Assembly: GCF_006345805.1 (NCBI RefSeq)
Contig: NW_021832494.1
Coordinates: 1 to 38,661, forward strand
Direction: 5' to 3'
DNA from: Octopus sinensis
Taxonomy: Eukaryota
Length of the DNA stretch: 38,661 bases
Shown: positions 22,079-34,346 of the stretch, in pieces
How the letters are laid out: every line of letters starts with the position of its first letter
How positions within the stretch are numbered: position 1 is the stretch's first letter
Notes under the pieces: model-generated
Database searches by the model: none
The model's input: only the letters and a program-made list of their open reading frames with translations
What the model was told of the DNA's origin: nothing
Translations under genes and position numbers: made by a program

Positions 22079-22625
22079 GAGACCGATAGAATAAGTACTG
22101 GGCTTATAAAAAGAATAAGTCCCGGGGTCGATTTGCTCGACTAAAGGCGGTGCTCCAGCATGGCCGCAGTCAAATGACTGAAACAAGTAAAAGAGTAAAC
22201 TTAGCGGTTCAGCAAAAAGACACCGATAGAATAAGTACTGGGCTTACAAAGAATAAGTCCCGGAGTCGATTTGCTCGACTAAAGGCGGTGCTCCAGCATG
22301 GCCACAGTCAATTAACTGAAACAAGTAAAAGAGTAAACTTAGCGGTTCAGCAAAAAGACACCGATAGAATAAGTACTGGGCTTACAAAGAATAAGTCCCG
22401 GAGTCGATTTGCTCGACTAAAGGCGGTGCTCCAGCATGGCCACAGTCAATTAACTGAAACAAGTAAAAGAGTAAACTTAGCGGTTCAACAAAAAGACACC
22501 GATAGAATAAGTACTGGGCTTACAAAGAATAAGTCCCAGGGTCGATTTGCTCGACTAAAGGCGGTGCTCCAGCATGGCCGTAGTCAAATGACTGAAACAT
22601 GTAAAAGAATAAAAGAAAGAATAAA
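22079..22625 (+). mobile_element. Four tandem copies (138-bp period) of the SINE family A 3' module
   Basis: Junction AAGAGTAA|ACTTAGCGGTTC repeats at 22200, 22338 and 22476; GTAA microhomology with the internal CCCGTAACTTAGC. Confidence 0.9.
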
Positions 22626-22632
22626 AATCGCC

Positions 22633-22708
22633 CCATTACAGACCTTGTAATTAAATTCTTGAGTGGACTACAACAAGGAGATGTCTGCTTGCCTGTTCTT
22701 TTCAACCT
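22633..22708 (+). pseudogene. Short degenerate non-LTR RT fragment (QG motif)
   Basis: Translates ITDLVIKFLSGLQQGDVCLPVLFNL, resembling the G..QGD.LSP.LF.L RT motif. Confidence 0.5.
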
Positions 22709-22970
22709 ACGACCAAACCCACACCTCCGCTAAAAGGCAGTCAGACATGCAGTGTAGCCCATACGCTTAACGATGCTGTATTTCTACATTCTCGTTATTC
22801 TGCAGATGTTGGTGGCCTAAATGCTTCCAAACTTTCGTGAAAACCTGAGAAAGAAACTTGGTGCCATATTCACAGATTTAGTCAGTGGTACATACCACAT
22901 TTCCATCAATCTGCACAAATATATGTGTGTGGGGGGTGTCTGTGTGCATGTGTAAATATATATATATATA

Positions 22971-23363
22971 CTAGCAGTATCACCCGGCGTTGCTCGGGTT
23001 TGTAAGGGAAATAACTATACAGCATTTCTAGAGAGTTATAGCCAAAAAATAGCAAAAAAATGCATTAAAAATGGAAAAAATATGATGGTAAATTTTTTTT
23101 AAATCGTTGACTCATCGTAGACATTTTTGGAGAGTTACTTCCCTTTAAAAAAATATGCATGAAAATGGAAGAAAATGATGGTAAACTATTTTTTAAATCG
23201 TAGACTCATCGTAGATGCGCGCTAATACCCAGAAGGGCTCGATATGAATCACAACTATAAGATACCCGGTTTTGGTTAAATTGCACCGCAAAATGTGGGA
23301 GTAGTTAGAAATCTAAATCGTAGGAGACAGACACTCACACAACTACAGTTTTATATATAAGGA
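22971..23363 (-). mobile_element. Non-autonomous Helitron
   Basis: Minus: A|TCCTTATATATAAAAC ... CCCGAGCAACGCCGGGTGATACTGCTAG|T. Confidence 0.8.
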
Positions 23364-23394
23364 TATATATATATAGGGAGAGTTTACGAAAAAA

Positions 23395-23535
23395 ACAACA
23401 AAAGATGAAGACAGGTGGTGTACAAAACAAACATATGTATTAGTATAACGCTCAGGAATAGAAAAGTCTTTTACGTTTCGAGCCTACGTACTTCTACAGA
23501 TAGGGATACAGGAAACAAGGAAAGTAAAAAAAGGA
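23395..23535 (-). mobile_element. PLE-like terminal remnant with degenerate HHR-like motif (~23468-23503)
   Basis: Minus: CTGTAGAA-GTAC-GTAG-GCTC-GAAA-CGT-A-AAAG; homologous to 30615-30805. Confidence 0.45.
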
Positions 23536-23548
23536 GAGTGTGTGTGTA

Positions 23549-23925
23549 TCTCTCTCTATATAAACGGCAGTTTGTCTGTGCGTGTTTCTGTGTGTCTGTT
23601 TTCTCGTACCCTCACCCTGACCACGGCTTTCAACCGATTCTGATGAAACTTGACACACACATAGCCCAATGTCATAATTCAAAACTAACGCAGCGAAAAA
23701 ATTTTGAAAAGTTCCCCCATTCTGAAAAAAATCGATAAATTCGACATGGGGTCAAGAATCAGAAACACAAACTGTCTAGGGGACGCAACTCCACCTTTTT
23801 TACTCTCAAAAAAAATTTACCATCATTTTTTTCCATTTTTTTGCTATTTTTTGGCTATAACTCTCTAAAAATGCTTTATAGTTATTTCCCTTACAAACCT
23901 GAGCAACGCCGGGCGATACTGCTAG
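23549..23925 (+). mobile_element. Non-autonomous Helitron
   Basis: A|TCTCTCTCTATATAAACGG ... GAGCAACGCCGGGCGATACTGCTAG|T. Confidence 0.8.
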
Positions 23926-23945
23926 TATATATATAAATATACACA

Positions 23946-24137
23946 CTCATGCCGGACTTCTTTCTGATGATCTCGCTACTGATGTGCTCTCTCAACGAGA
24001 TACCAAGCATTGACCTTTCCATGGCTCTTTGAGCTGTTACCAGTCTTTGCTCTTTCTTTGTGATAGCCCATGTTTCACAGCCATATAACATTGCAGGTAG
24101 AACTGTATTGTTGATGAGGTTGGCGCTGGTGGTCCTG
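23946..24137 (-). pseudogene. RTE-clade LINE RT C-terminal fragment (second family)
   Basis: TVLPAMLYGCETWAITKKEQRLVTAQRAMERSMLGISLREHISSEIIRKKSG. Confidence 0.8.
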
Positions 24138-24257
24138 TATATATATATATATATGTATATAATGCATTATATGTATACATATATGCATGTATATGTATAC
24201 ATATGTGTATGTTATATATATATATAATATATATATAATATATATATATATATACAT

Positions 24258-24658
24258 ATAGGAGTGGCTGTGTGTAAGTAGCTTGCTTACCAACCACATG
24301 GTTCCGGATTCAGTCCTACTGCGTGGCATCTTGGGCAAGTGTCTTCTGCTATAGCCCCGGGCCGACCAATGCCTTGTGAGTGGATTTGGTAGACGGAAAC
24401 TGAAAGAATCCCGTCGTATATATATATATATATGTGTGCGTGTGTGTACGTTTGTGTGTCTGTGTTTGTCCCCCTCCCCCCAACATTGCTTGACAACCGA
24501 TGCTGGTGTGTTTATATCCCCGTTACTTAGCAGTTCGGCAAAAGAGACCAATAGAATAAGTACTGGGCTTACAAAGAATAAGTCCCGGGTCGATTTGCTC
24601 GACTGAAGGCGCTGCTCCAGCATGGCCGCAGTCAAATGACTGAAACAAGTAAAACAGT
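24258..24658 (+). mobile_element. SINE family A, full length
   Basis: Consensus match. Confidence 0.9.
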
Positions 24659-25009
24659 ATATATATATATACATATATATATATCATCATCATATATATA
24701 TATATATATATGTACATTTCTGTATATATATATATGTGTGTGTGTATATTCATATGTGTATATATATATATAAATTCACACTCATACACACACATGTTGC
24801 TGTCATATGTCAGCCAAACAATATCATACAGATCTGTAGCAGTAACTGGAGACCCACCTAGCACTGTTTTAAGTCACCTGATAAGCCCACACGCACACAA
24901 AGGCTTGTGCGCTATTTTTGAATGGCCCACGATCTATAAATTACCCAGTTATATTTAGATGAAATACTTAGAACTGTATTTACGTATACACGCAGTCACT
25001 TACAGTTTG

Positions 25010-25521
25010 TTGTATATATATATATATATGTGTGTGAGAGCTTGTATACGTGTGTATATGCACGTGTATTCATGCTAATAGCTCTCTATGTATGTACATG
25101 CCTGAGTGTGTGTATATATGTGTGTGTGTTCATATATATATGTAAATGCATGTATATATATATATATATTATATATATATATATATATATATGTATATGC
25201 ATGTATATATATATATATGTATGTATATATATGTAATGCATATATATATATGCATGTGTGCATGGAGGAGGGAGGGAAATCTAAATATATAGTGTGTACA
25301 AATATATATAGATATATATATCTTATATATATATATAATATATATATATATTATATATATATATTTATATACATACATACATACACACACATGTATAAAC
25401 ATATTTTAGTATATATGTGCAAGTATGTCTGCATGTCTGTATGTGTATATGTATATATGTATGTATATATGTGTATGTATATATGTGGTAAGTATATATA
25501 TATATATTGATTATATACATA

Positions 25522-25580
<59 letters not shown>

Positions 25581-25670
25581 GTATGTATATATATTTATTT
25601 ATACATGCATATACACACATGCACATATACATATATATATATATATACACACATACATATACTCACATAT
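25010..25670. repeat. (TA)n/(TATG)n/(CA)n microsatellite field
   Basis: Direct reading; similar fields at 26050-26220 and 28300-29300. Confidence 0.9.
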
Positions 25671-26104
25671 GCATTAATAAAACCATTTTCTCAAACCTAT
25701 TCAGATTACTCATTTAATTTTATCTTCTTTCTTGCACTACCACCACAACCACCACCACCACCACCACCACTACCTCTACTACTATACCTACCTCACACAT
25801 GCACACACTGTCACCTGACACAAGCAGACAATCCCCTCAGCACCACCACCTACCGTTTCCTCAACCTCTCATCTGTTGTTGCTGCAGAGGTGAAATGCAT
25901 TCTGGGAGGAAGTGAACGTCTTTGTCATATTATCTCACCCTACATTTTCTTTTGATGTTGATACGTTACTGTCTCTTCTCTCACTCCCATTTTTTGTCTC
26001 TCCCTACACACACACACACACACAACACACACGTGTACACACACAAACTCACATAGATATATAGTATATATATAAATATATATATAGATAGATATATGCA
26101 TATA

Positions 26105-26175
<71 letters not shown>

Positions 26176-26179
26176 TCAC

Positions 26180-26220
<41 letters not shown>

Positions 26221-26237
26221 CATTATCTAAAAACAGC

Positions 26238-26333
26238 AGAAATTCAACAAAACCTGTTACTCGGAGTTTCACGACAAAACTGTCCAACGAACGGAAACGT
26301 GAAACTCCGAGTAACAGGTTTTGTTGAATTTCT
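26238..26333. repeat. Perfect 36-bp inverted repeat with 24-nt spacer
   Basis: AGAAATTCAACAAAACCTGTTACTCGGAGTTTCACG (26238-26273) / CGTGAAACTCCGAGTAACAGGTTTTGTTGAATTTCT (26298-26333). Confidence 0.9.
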
Positions 26334-26436
26334 TCTGCTTTTAAATAAAGCATATTACTCTACCCCTGGTATTTGAGTAATCTTTTTTCCACCTTGTTTC
26401 ACATTTGTGTGTTTACTCCAGTATATACATACATAT

Positions 26437-26826
26437 GGACGGAAGCACTCCGTCGGTTACGACGACGAGGGTTCCGGTTGATCTGAATCAACGGAACAGC
26501 CTGCTCGTGAAATTAACGTGTAAGTGGCTGAGCACTCCACAGACACGTGTACCCTTAACGCAGTTCTCGGGGATATTCAGCGTGACACAGAGAGTGACAA
26601 GGCCGGCCCTTTGAAATACAGGTACAACAGAAACAGGAAGTAAGAGTGGGAGAAAGTTGTGGTGAAAGAGTACAGTAGGGATCACCACCATCCACTGCCG
26701 GAGCCTCGTGGAGCTTTTAGGTGTTTTCGCTCAATAAACACTCACAACGCCCGGTCTGGGAATCGAAACCGCGATCCTATGACCGCGAGTCTGCTGCCCT
26801 AACCACTGGGCCATTGCGCCTCCACA
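26437..26826 (-). mobile_element. SINE family B, full length
   Basis: Close match to 11487-11876; TSD-like TACATACATAT at 26426-26436 and 26827-26837. Confidence 0.9.
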
Positions 26827-27133
26827 TACATACATATATATATAAGGTGGTGCTGCAGCATGGCCATAGTCAAATGACTGAAACATGTAAGAGAATTATC
26901 AGCATTGAAAGAAGTATCGATGCTAGGCATCCTTTGTATTCACCCATGGCTCATTATTGCAAACCCTGCCTATGCGAGAAGCTACATATACTTCTTCACC
27001 AATCTACACCATTCATCTTGAAGGAGACGACTAAGTGTGGTTGTTTGAGTACTGTCTACCTGGCTTGGCTGACAGGATATTCATTCTGTTTTGGCAACAA
27101 CTTTTTGGTAATGGCAACCAACTCACACACACA

Positions 27134-27167
<34 letters not shown>

Positions 27168-27196
27168 AACACATATGTACCCATTCCATATTTTTC

Positions 27197-27523
27197 TAGG
27201 CGCAGGAATGGTTGTGTGGTAAGTAGCTTGCTTACCACAAAACGAAGCAGAGGGTTGGAGGGCGCTTTCTGTCTTCTCTCATCTTTATCGTTTTTGGATC
27301 ATAATCATCCGCCTCATTAATGTCTATGTCCAGCTCACAAAGCTACCTAATCTATGTGCTGCCTATATGGAAAATTTAATGAATAAAAGTAGCTTGCTTA
27401 CCAACCATATGGTTTCGAGTTCAGTCCCACTGCATGGCACCTTGGGCATGTGTCTTCTACTATAGCCTCAGGCTGACCAAAGCCTTATGAGTGGACTTTG
27501 TAGACAGAAACTGAAAGAAGCCC

Positions 27524-27584
<61 letters not shown>

Positions 27585-27915
27585 TAGGAGTGGTTCCGGG
27601 GTTTAGTCCCATTGCATGGCACCTTAAGCACGTGTCTTCTACTATAACCTTGGGCCAACCAAAGCCTCTTGAGTGGATTTGGTAGACGGATACTGAAAGA
27701 AGCCCGTCGTATAAATATATATATGTTTGTGTGTCTGTGTTTATCCCCCCAACATCACTTGACAACCGATGCTGGTGTGTTTACGTCCCCGTAACTTAGC
27801 GGTTCAGCAAAAGAGACCAATAGAATAAGTACTAGGCTTCCAAAGAATAAGTCCTGGGGTCAATTTGCTCGACTAAAGGCGGTGCTCCAGCATGGCCAGT
27901 CAAAGTAAAAGAGTA
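27197..27915 (+). mobile_element. SINE family A complex: head split by a 149-bp insertion, second partially deleted head, 3' module
   Basis: AAGTAGCTTGCTTACCA duplicated at 27221-27237 and 27387-27403; second head from ~27583 after (TA)n. Confidence 0.8.
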
Positions 27916-28300
27916 ATACTGATAGAAAGAGGGACAGAGAGAGAGATTACAATTTATTAATTGAACACGATTGATGTCAACACTTTCTCTCTCTTCAGAC
28001 GCATAAAAAGAAATATGAACACACACATAAACGAAGGAGAGAGAGTGAAAGATGGAGATTGAGAGAGGGAGAGAAATTGAGGGGAACTATTAGTATCTGG
28101 TATCAAGTAAATCCGTATCAAATCAGTGACACTATGTTGGCGGTGCCAAAACAGCTGTGCCAAAACGTCTCATGCCCATATCTATCAACAGGAAGAATGA
28201 ACTATCTTACTGATGTCACTTGAGATAGGTCCTGTTGATCAACTTTAGATCTCTGGCCACTGACAACCTATATCTACCACCCTAAGCCTGGGTGATCCAC

Positions 28301-28357
<57 letters not shown>

Positions 28358-28459
28358 CACATATATGTATATATATATGTACACTTATATGTATATATAT
28401 ATATATATACACATATATGTATATATATAGCGGCATTTGTACACTTTGTTCTCTCTCTT

Positions 28460-28592
28460 GGTAAGCCTGGTACTTTATTCTATCGGTCGCTTTTGCTGAA
28501 CCCTAAGTTACGGGTACATAATCACACCAACATCAATCATCAAGTGATGGTGGAGGACGAACACAAATACATACATAATATATATATATAAT

Positions 28593-28638
<46 letters not shown>

Positions 28639-28813
28639 ATACATATTACACGGGCTTCTTTCAGTTTCCGTCTACCAAATCCACTCACAAGGCTTTCGTC
28701 GGCCCGAGGCTATAGTAGAAGACACTTGCCCAAGGTGCCATGCAGTGGGACTGAACCCGGAACCATGTGGCTGGTAAGCAAGCTACTTACCACACAGTTA
28801 CTCCTGCACCTAT
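28460..28813 (-). mobile_element. SINE family A (3' end eroded)
   Basis: Reverse complement of consensus with an expanded (TA)n linker. Confidence 0.85.
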
Positions 28814-29886
28814 GTGTTGAACTTATATACATACATATATACACATAGAAAGAAAAATATGCATACGTATACACACATATACATACAGTATGTATGTATA
28901 TGTGTGTATGTGTATATATATATATGTGCGTGTGTGTATATGTATGTATTATATAATGTGTTTATATAAATATATATATATGTATACATATATATATACA
29001 TATTTGTATGTATATGTGTGTGTGTGTATATATATATATATATGTGCGTGTGTGTATATGTATGTATTATATAATGTGTTTGTATAAATATATATATATA
29101 TATACATATTTCTATGTATATGTGTGTATGCATATATATATATATGTGTGTGTATATGTATTATATAATGTGTTTGTATAAATATATATATATGTATACA
29201 AATATATATACATATTTGTATGTGTATGTATGTAATAGAATTTTATTTTAGATGTATGTTAAACTAATATACAAACATACATATCTATATACATACATAT
29301 GTACATTCACACATCGCTCTAGTAACAGTTATTATCATTGTTATTCTCTCCCATTTTCTGCCACACTGAATAATTAAATAATTTAACTCATGTAATTTTT
29401 CCAATCAACATACGACAGGGTCTTGCCTACTCCAAAGAAAACAAGGCACCACTTTTTCCATCCCCTTCTTTTACCCCTTCCGTCTGCACTTCTTTCCCTG
29501 CTTTTCAAACCTAACAAAATATTAATGTCTTTTTCATCCAACATTATAAACACATTTTTCTTTCAATTATTTCCTCAATATACCTGTGGGAAACTTTCTT
29601 TCTTTGCAATCATTAACTTTCTTTCCAAGCTAATTGTTTGTTTCTCGCCTGCTGTTCCGAACATTGAAGCTCCGAACAGCTTTTTGTGGCAACAGCTTCC
29701 GAATGTATAACTTAATTTTCTTGCAATAAAAACGAACTTGTTTCCAACCAGACTCGGTTTTTAGAAAGAAAATAATTCTAGTTCGAATTGGCTACACTTC
29801 AGTGTCATCTTAACCCTTTCGTTAGAAAATGTGCTATGGCTTTGTCAAAACTTATATGGTTCTTGCATGAGACAAGTCCTCATTAA

Positions 29887-30107
29887 CCCTTTCATTACTG
29901 TATTTAATTTGAGATTCTCTGTTTTTCTCTCAATTATTTTAAATATAACAACGAATTTAGTAAAATAACTTAGTTATCATTAATCTAGTGTTAGGAACAT
30001 TAATTGTGATTAAGGTTTGGTGAAAGATTTTAATTCAAAACTTATGAAAACAAGACATTTGTACTACAGATCCAGAGCCGGTTTCAACCGGGCTAGTAAT
30101 GAAAGGG
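29887..30107. mobile_element. piggyBac-type MITE
   Basis: TTAA|CCCTTTCATTAC ... GTAATGAAAGGG|TTAA: 12-bp TIR, TTAA TSD. Confidence 0.8.
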
Positions 30108-30238
30108 TTAATTTAAAATTATCTGGTCCATTGTTGATAATGCACAACCAAACAAGAACAGAAGCTTAAAACCAAAGATGGGGTGTGACCTTTGTGAGAA
30201 AAAACTGAGAATTTTGACTCAAAGCACCAACGGTTTCA

Positions 30239-30392
30239 GCAGGAGTGGCTGTGTGGTAAGTAGCTTGCTTACCAATCACATGGTTCCAGATTCAGTCCCA
30301 CTGCATAGCACCTTGGGCAAGTGTCTTCTACTATAGCCTTGGCTGACCAAAGCCTTGTGAGTGGATTTGGTAGACGGAAACTGAAAGAAGCC

Positions 30393-30438
<46 letters not shown>

Positions 30439-31003
30439 GGCTGTGTGGTTAGGGAGCTTGCTTACCAACCACATGGTTCCAGATTCAGTCCCACTGCGTA
30501 GCACCTTGGGTAAGTGTCTTCTACTATAGCCTGGGGCCGACCAAAGCCTTGTGAGTGGATTTGGTAGACGGAGACTCAAAGAAGCCCATTGTATATATAT
30601 ATATATAGATAGATAGATCGCTAGCCACTACACATTCTTTATTTTCTCTCCTGTTCATTGTTTTGTGTTCCTTTCTGTGGAAGAGCGTAGGCTCGAAACG
30701 TTAAAGACTTTTTCACTTCCCGAGCATTATACTAATACATCTGTTTATTGTCCACACCACCAGTCTTCGTCTTTTGGTTTTTTTTTATGAATTCTCCCTC
30801 TCTATATATGTGTGTCTGTCTGTCTGTGTTTGTCCCACCAACATTGCTTGACAACATCCCTATAACTTAGTGGTTCAGCAAAAGAGACTGATAGAATAAG
30901 TACTAGGCTTACAAAAAATAAGTCCTGGGGTCAATTTGCTTGAGTAAAGGCGGTGCTCCAGCATGGCCGCAGTCAAATGACTGAAACAAGTAAAAGAGTA
31001 AAA
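30239..31003 (+). mobile_element. SINE family A: two head modules, then the 3' module after an inserted PLE remnant
   Basis: Heads 30239-30406 and 30438-30592; 3' module ~30812-31003. Confidence 0.8.
30615..30805 (+). mobile_element. PLE-like terminal remnant with HHR-like motif (30671-30706)
   Basis: CTTT-CTGTGGAA-GAGC-GTAG-GCTC-GAAA-CGT-T-AAAG: stems I and II perfect, palindromic ACGT stem III, non-canonical core. Confidence 0.5.
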
Positions 31004-31367
31004 AGAACTGAGCTGTTAACACATTGCATGCACACAGTAAAGTATCTTACACGCTAATACAAAGTTTCTTATATGCTAATGCTTTTATTAGCATATAAGA
31101 TACTTTGTTTATATAAGAATTTTTCTTCTGTTTCAGAACAAACGTTGGTGTGTGAAATGTTTAATTAATAGATTTTATCGATACGTGTTTTAATATGTGT
31201 AGGTGTGTGTCAGTGTGGAAGTATATGCATACAGGTATATGTGTATATGTATACATGGACATATAATTCTGTGTATATACAAGTGTCTATAAGTGTACAT
31301 ATGTGTATGCGTCTGTGCAGATGCATGTAAATTGGACATCCACATACATACCATGTCTTTATAGACA

Positions 31368-31758
31368 TAGTCGCAGTATCGCCCGGATTGCTTAGGTTTG
31401 GATCAACCCTTTAGAATTGGAATTTTTGAAAAGTAAAACTTTTGCATTATGTAGCTTGTTATTCTCTTAAGTGAACATTTTTCTGGTTGAAATACACCGA
31501 AAAATGGCGATAGAGCAGTAAAGAAATGTCAAAAATAGGATTTTCATAGAAAAATAGCACCTTTTTGATGTAAATAATTTTTGGTGTTAACATGGTCCGA
31601 TTTGAATTTTTTCTTCTACGGAAAGAAGAGCAAGCTACTTCTATCATACTCTCAATTTTGCTCAACTTGCGCCACAGGGTCTCGAAGGAGATAGTGTTAG
31701 TTGAAGGCTACCAAACCTGCCACACACACATAGACAACTTCAGCTTTATATGTATAGA
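31368..31758 (-). mobile_element. Non-autonomous Helitron (third 5'-end type), with a partial direct repeat at 31859-32044
   Basis: Minus 5' end A|TCTATACATATAAAGCTGAAG; degenerate 3' end (plus strand GCAGTATCGCCCGGATTGCTTAGG) matching the other Helitrons. Confidence 0.65.
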
Positions 31759-32147
31759 TTTATCATTTTCTGATTTCAATTTTAAACCTTTTAAAATAAC
31801 TGACAGTTCACGAATGATGTTACCCAAAACATTTTTAATTTCATTTTGTGCTTGCAAGGCACCTTTTTGATGTAAATAATTTTTGGTGTTAACATGGCCC
31901 GATTTGAATTTTTTTCTTCTACAGAATGAAGAGCAAGCCTTCTTCTATCATACTCTCAATTTTGGTCAACTTGCGCCACAGGGTCTCAGAGGAAATAGTG
32001 TTAGTTGAAGGCTACCAAACCTGCCATACACAGACAACTTCAGAGATTAGTTAAAAGTATTATTTTGGGACATAATCAGAAATGAAATCAAAAGTTTAAG
32101 CTTGAAGCAGCCATGTTCACAGGTGTCGTTCACAAAGGTTTTTAAAC

Positions 32148-32508
32148 ATTCTGTTGACTGTTCTTTGAGCCACTTCTTCACTGCAGTTTTCACTTCCTCA
32201 TCACTGGAATAATGTTTGCCTCTCAAACCCTCTTTCATGGGGCCGAATAGATGATAGTCCAGTGACGAGGAAGTGAAAACTACAGCGAAGAAGTGGCTCA
32301 AAGAACAGTCAACAGAATTTTACAGGGCAGGGATACATGCGCTCATTCAAAGGCGGAACATTGCTATTGAGGAAACAGTGACTATGTTGAGAAGTAGGGA
32401 TGTGAGCCACAGAGGACCAGCTTCATTTTGATGTATGATACATGTTTCTGTGTTGGTAATCATACCTTTCCTAAACAAAATGGCATTACTTTTTGACTCA
32501 CCCTCCTA
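32148..32508. mobile_element. mariner transposase C-terminal remnant with 3' TIR, fold-back rearranged
   Basis: Minus: DYHLFGPMKEGLRGKHYSSDEEVKTAVKKWLKEQSTE. Plus: SDEEVKTTAKKWLKEQSTEFYRAGIHALIQR...DYVEK*. TIR-like TTACTTTTTGACTCACCCTCCTA|TA. Confidence 0.85.
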
Positions 32509-32671
32509 TATTCAGAATTATCCAATGGATTAAATCTCTAAATTCTTATCTTATAAGAACTTTATTGGATTTGTGTGTTTGAATACCAAACTCAGAGCAA
32601 ACTGGTAATCATTTTGGGGTAATCCCATACTATTTACAAATACGTGTGTATGTGTGCGTAACTGATGAACT

Positions 32672-32996
32672 GTGGCTGTGTGGTATGAAGCTTGCTTCCC
32701 AACCACATGGTTCCGGGTTCAGTCCCACTGCATGGTACTTTGGGCATGTGTCTTCTACTATAGCTTTGGGTTGACCAAAGCTTTGTGAGTGGATTTGGTA
32801 AAAGGAAACTCTATGTGTATAGGAGGGGGTGCTTTTGTTTGTCCCCATCATAATCTAGGGGTCCAGCAAAAGAGATCGATAGAATAAGTATCAGGCATTA
32901 AAAAAAAGGCCCTGGGGTCAATTCATTCAACTAAAAATCCTTAAATGTGGTGCCCCAGCATGGCCGTAATCTAATGACCAAAACAATAAAAAGAGT
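32672..32996 (+). mobile_element. Degraded SINE family A
   Basis: Diverged consensus match. Confidence 0.75.
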
Positions 32997-33319
32997 GTGG
33001 TTTCAATCCCTAGACCAGTAGTATTTTGTGTTCTTGAGCAAAACCCTTCATGCCACGTTGCTCCAGCCCCTTCATTTGTAAATGGGTAACCCTGTAACAG
33101 ATCAGAGTTTTGTTCAGGGAGAATGTTGGGCCTTCTGCCTTGCCTGTGGGGAAGCATCTTTCAAAAGCTAGAACAATATGAGAAAGTGCATTGTGACAAG
33201 CAGTGTGAGCCAACATTCAATAACCTGATCAATAGAAATGAATACAGTGATATATAAATATACATACATGTATACATATATACATACATATATACACCCG
33301 TTATCTTTTATCATTTTCT

Positions 33320-33648
33320 TGCTCAAGTCATTTGACTGCGGCCATGCTAGAGCACCGATACTTTTTTTTTCAACCTGGTACTTATTTTATAAGTCTCTTT
33401 TACCAAACTGCTAAGTTACTAGGATGTAAACACACCAACACCGGTTGTCAAGTAGTGGTGGGGGACAAACACAGACACTACTTGTATACACACTTACGCA
33501 CGCACACACACACACACACACATATATGACAGGCTTCTTTCAGTTTTCGTCTACCAAAATCACTCAAGGCTTTGATTAGACCAAAGCTAAAGTAGAAGCC
33601 ATTTATTCCAAGTGACACGCAATGAGACTGAACCCAGAACCATATGAC
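33320..33648 (-). mobile_element. Degraded SINE family A
   Basis: Diverged consensus match. Confidence 0.75.
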
Positions 33649-33691
33649 TAAGAAAACATATATATATAATATATATATATATATAATATAT

Positions 33692-34023
33692 AATTACGGA
33701 GATTGTACTTGCATAGCGAGTGACTTGATCTGAGATCGTGTACTGGAACGAAAACAATTGCAGCGTGGAAGGTGTTTATAAGCCATTTAAGAAACAACAC
33801 AAAAACCGTTAGATTCACTTCAACATTTAAATTTAATTTTGTAAAATATTTTTGTTGCTTTGAGACCGCGACCTGTTCACTGACACGAAGTTTTGTCTGC
33901 GAACAGGTCGCAGTCTCAAAGCGATGAAAATATTTTGGCAAATTAAATTTAAATGTTGAAGTGAATCTAACAGTTTTTGTGTTTCTTAAATGGCTTATAA
34001 ACACCTTCCACGCTGCAATTGTT
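33692..34023. mobile_element. Palindromic MITE, right outer end missing
   Basis: Inverted arms 33753-33878 and 33901-34023, 22-nt loop; same family as 8617-8914. Confidence 0.85.
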
Positions 34024-34063
34024 ATACATATATATATATAAACACACACACATATATATATAA

Positions 34064-34098
<35 letters not shown>

Positions 34099-34346
34099 GT
34101 AAAAGCAATTAAAATTCAAGTGAGTTCTATTGAATTCACTTGAATGCGGTACTTAACTTAGATGCACCAGGAAACTATATGGTATTAACCATACAATAAT
34201 GTGGGGTGATTATAAACGAGAGTACGTTGGCTGATGAGTACGGGACACTTGTATTTGCTGCAATATTTGCAGCTTTTAATAAAGCTTGTCTTCGTATGAA
34301 ACAATTTGTACTGAAAAACTAATCCATTCTTGTTGCTTTTTTCTCG
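34099..34346. mobile_element. Solo, internally inverted terminal repeat of the 14.2-kb PLE family
   Basis: 34099-34221 is colinear with 14239-14359; 34225-34346 matches 14355-14476 in the opposite orientation. Confidence 0.8.
34227..34314 (+). ncRNA. Hammerhead ribozyme candidate, homologue of 14386-14476
   Basis: TTGG-CTGATGA-GTACGGGACA...TGTCTTCGTAT-GAA-ACAATTTGT-A-CTGA; inner hairpins GCTGCAA/TTGCAGC and GCTTT/AAAGC. Confidence 0.7.

Noticed and set aside
22079-22625. Regular repeats resembling a CRISPR array (also 10.3 and 12.8 kb)
   Set aside because: Units are contiguous SINE segments without unique spacers; eukaryotic context and no cas genes
29810-29825. TTAACCCTTTCG orphan piggyBac-like end (similar at ~11321)
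   Set aside because: No matching partner TIR found
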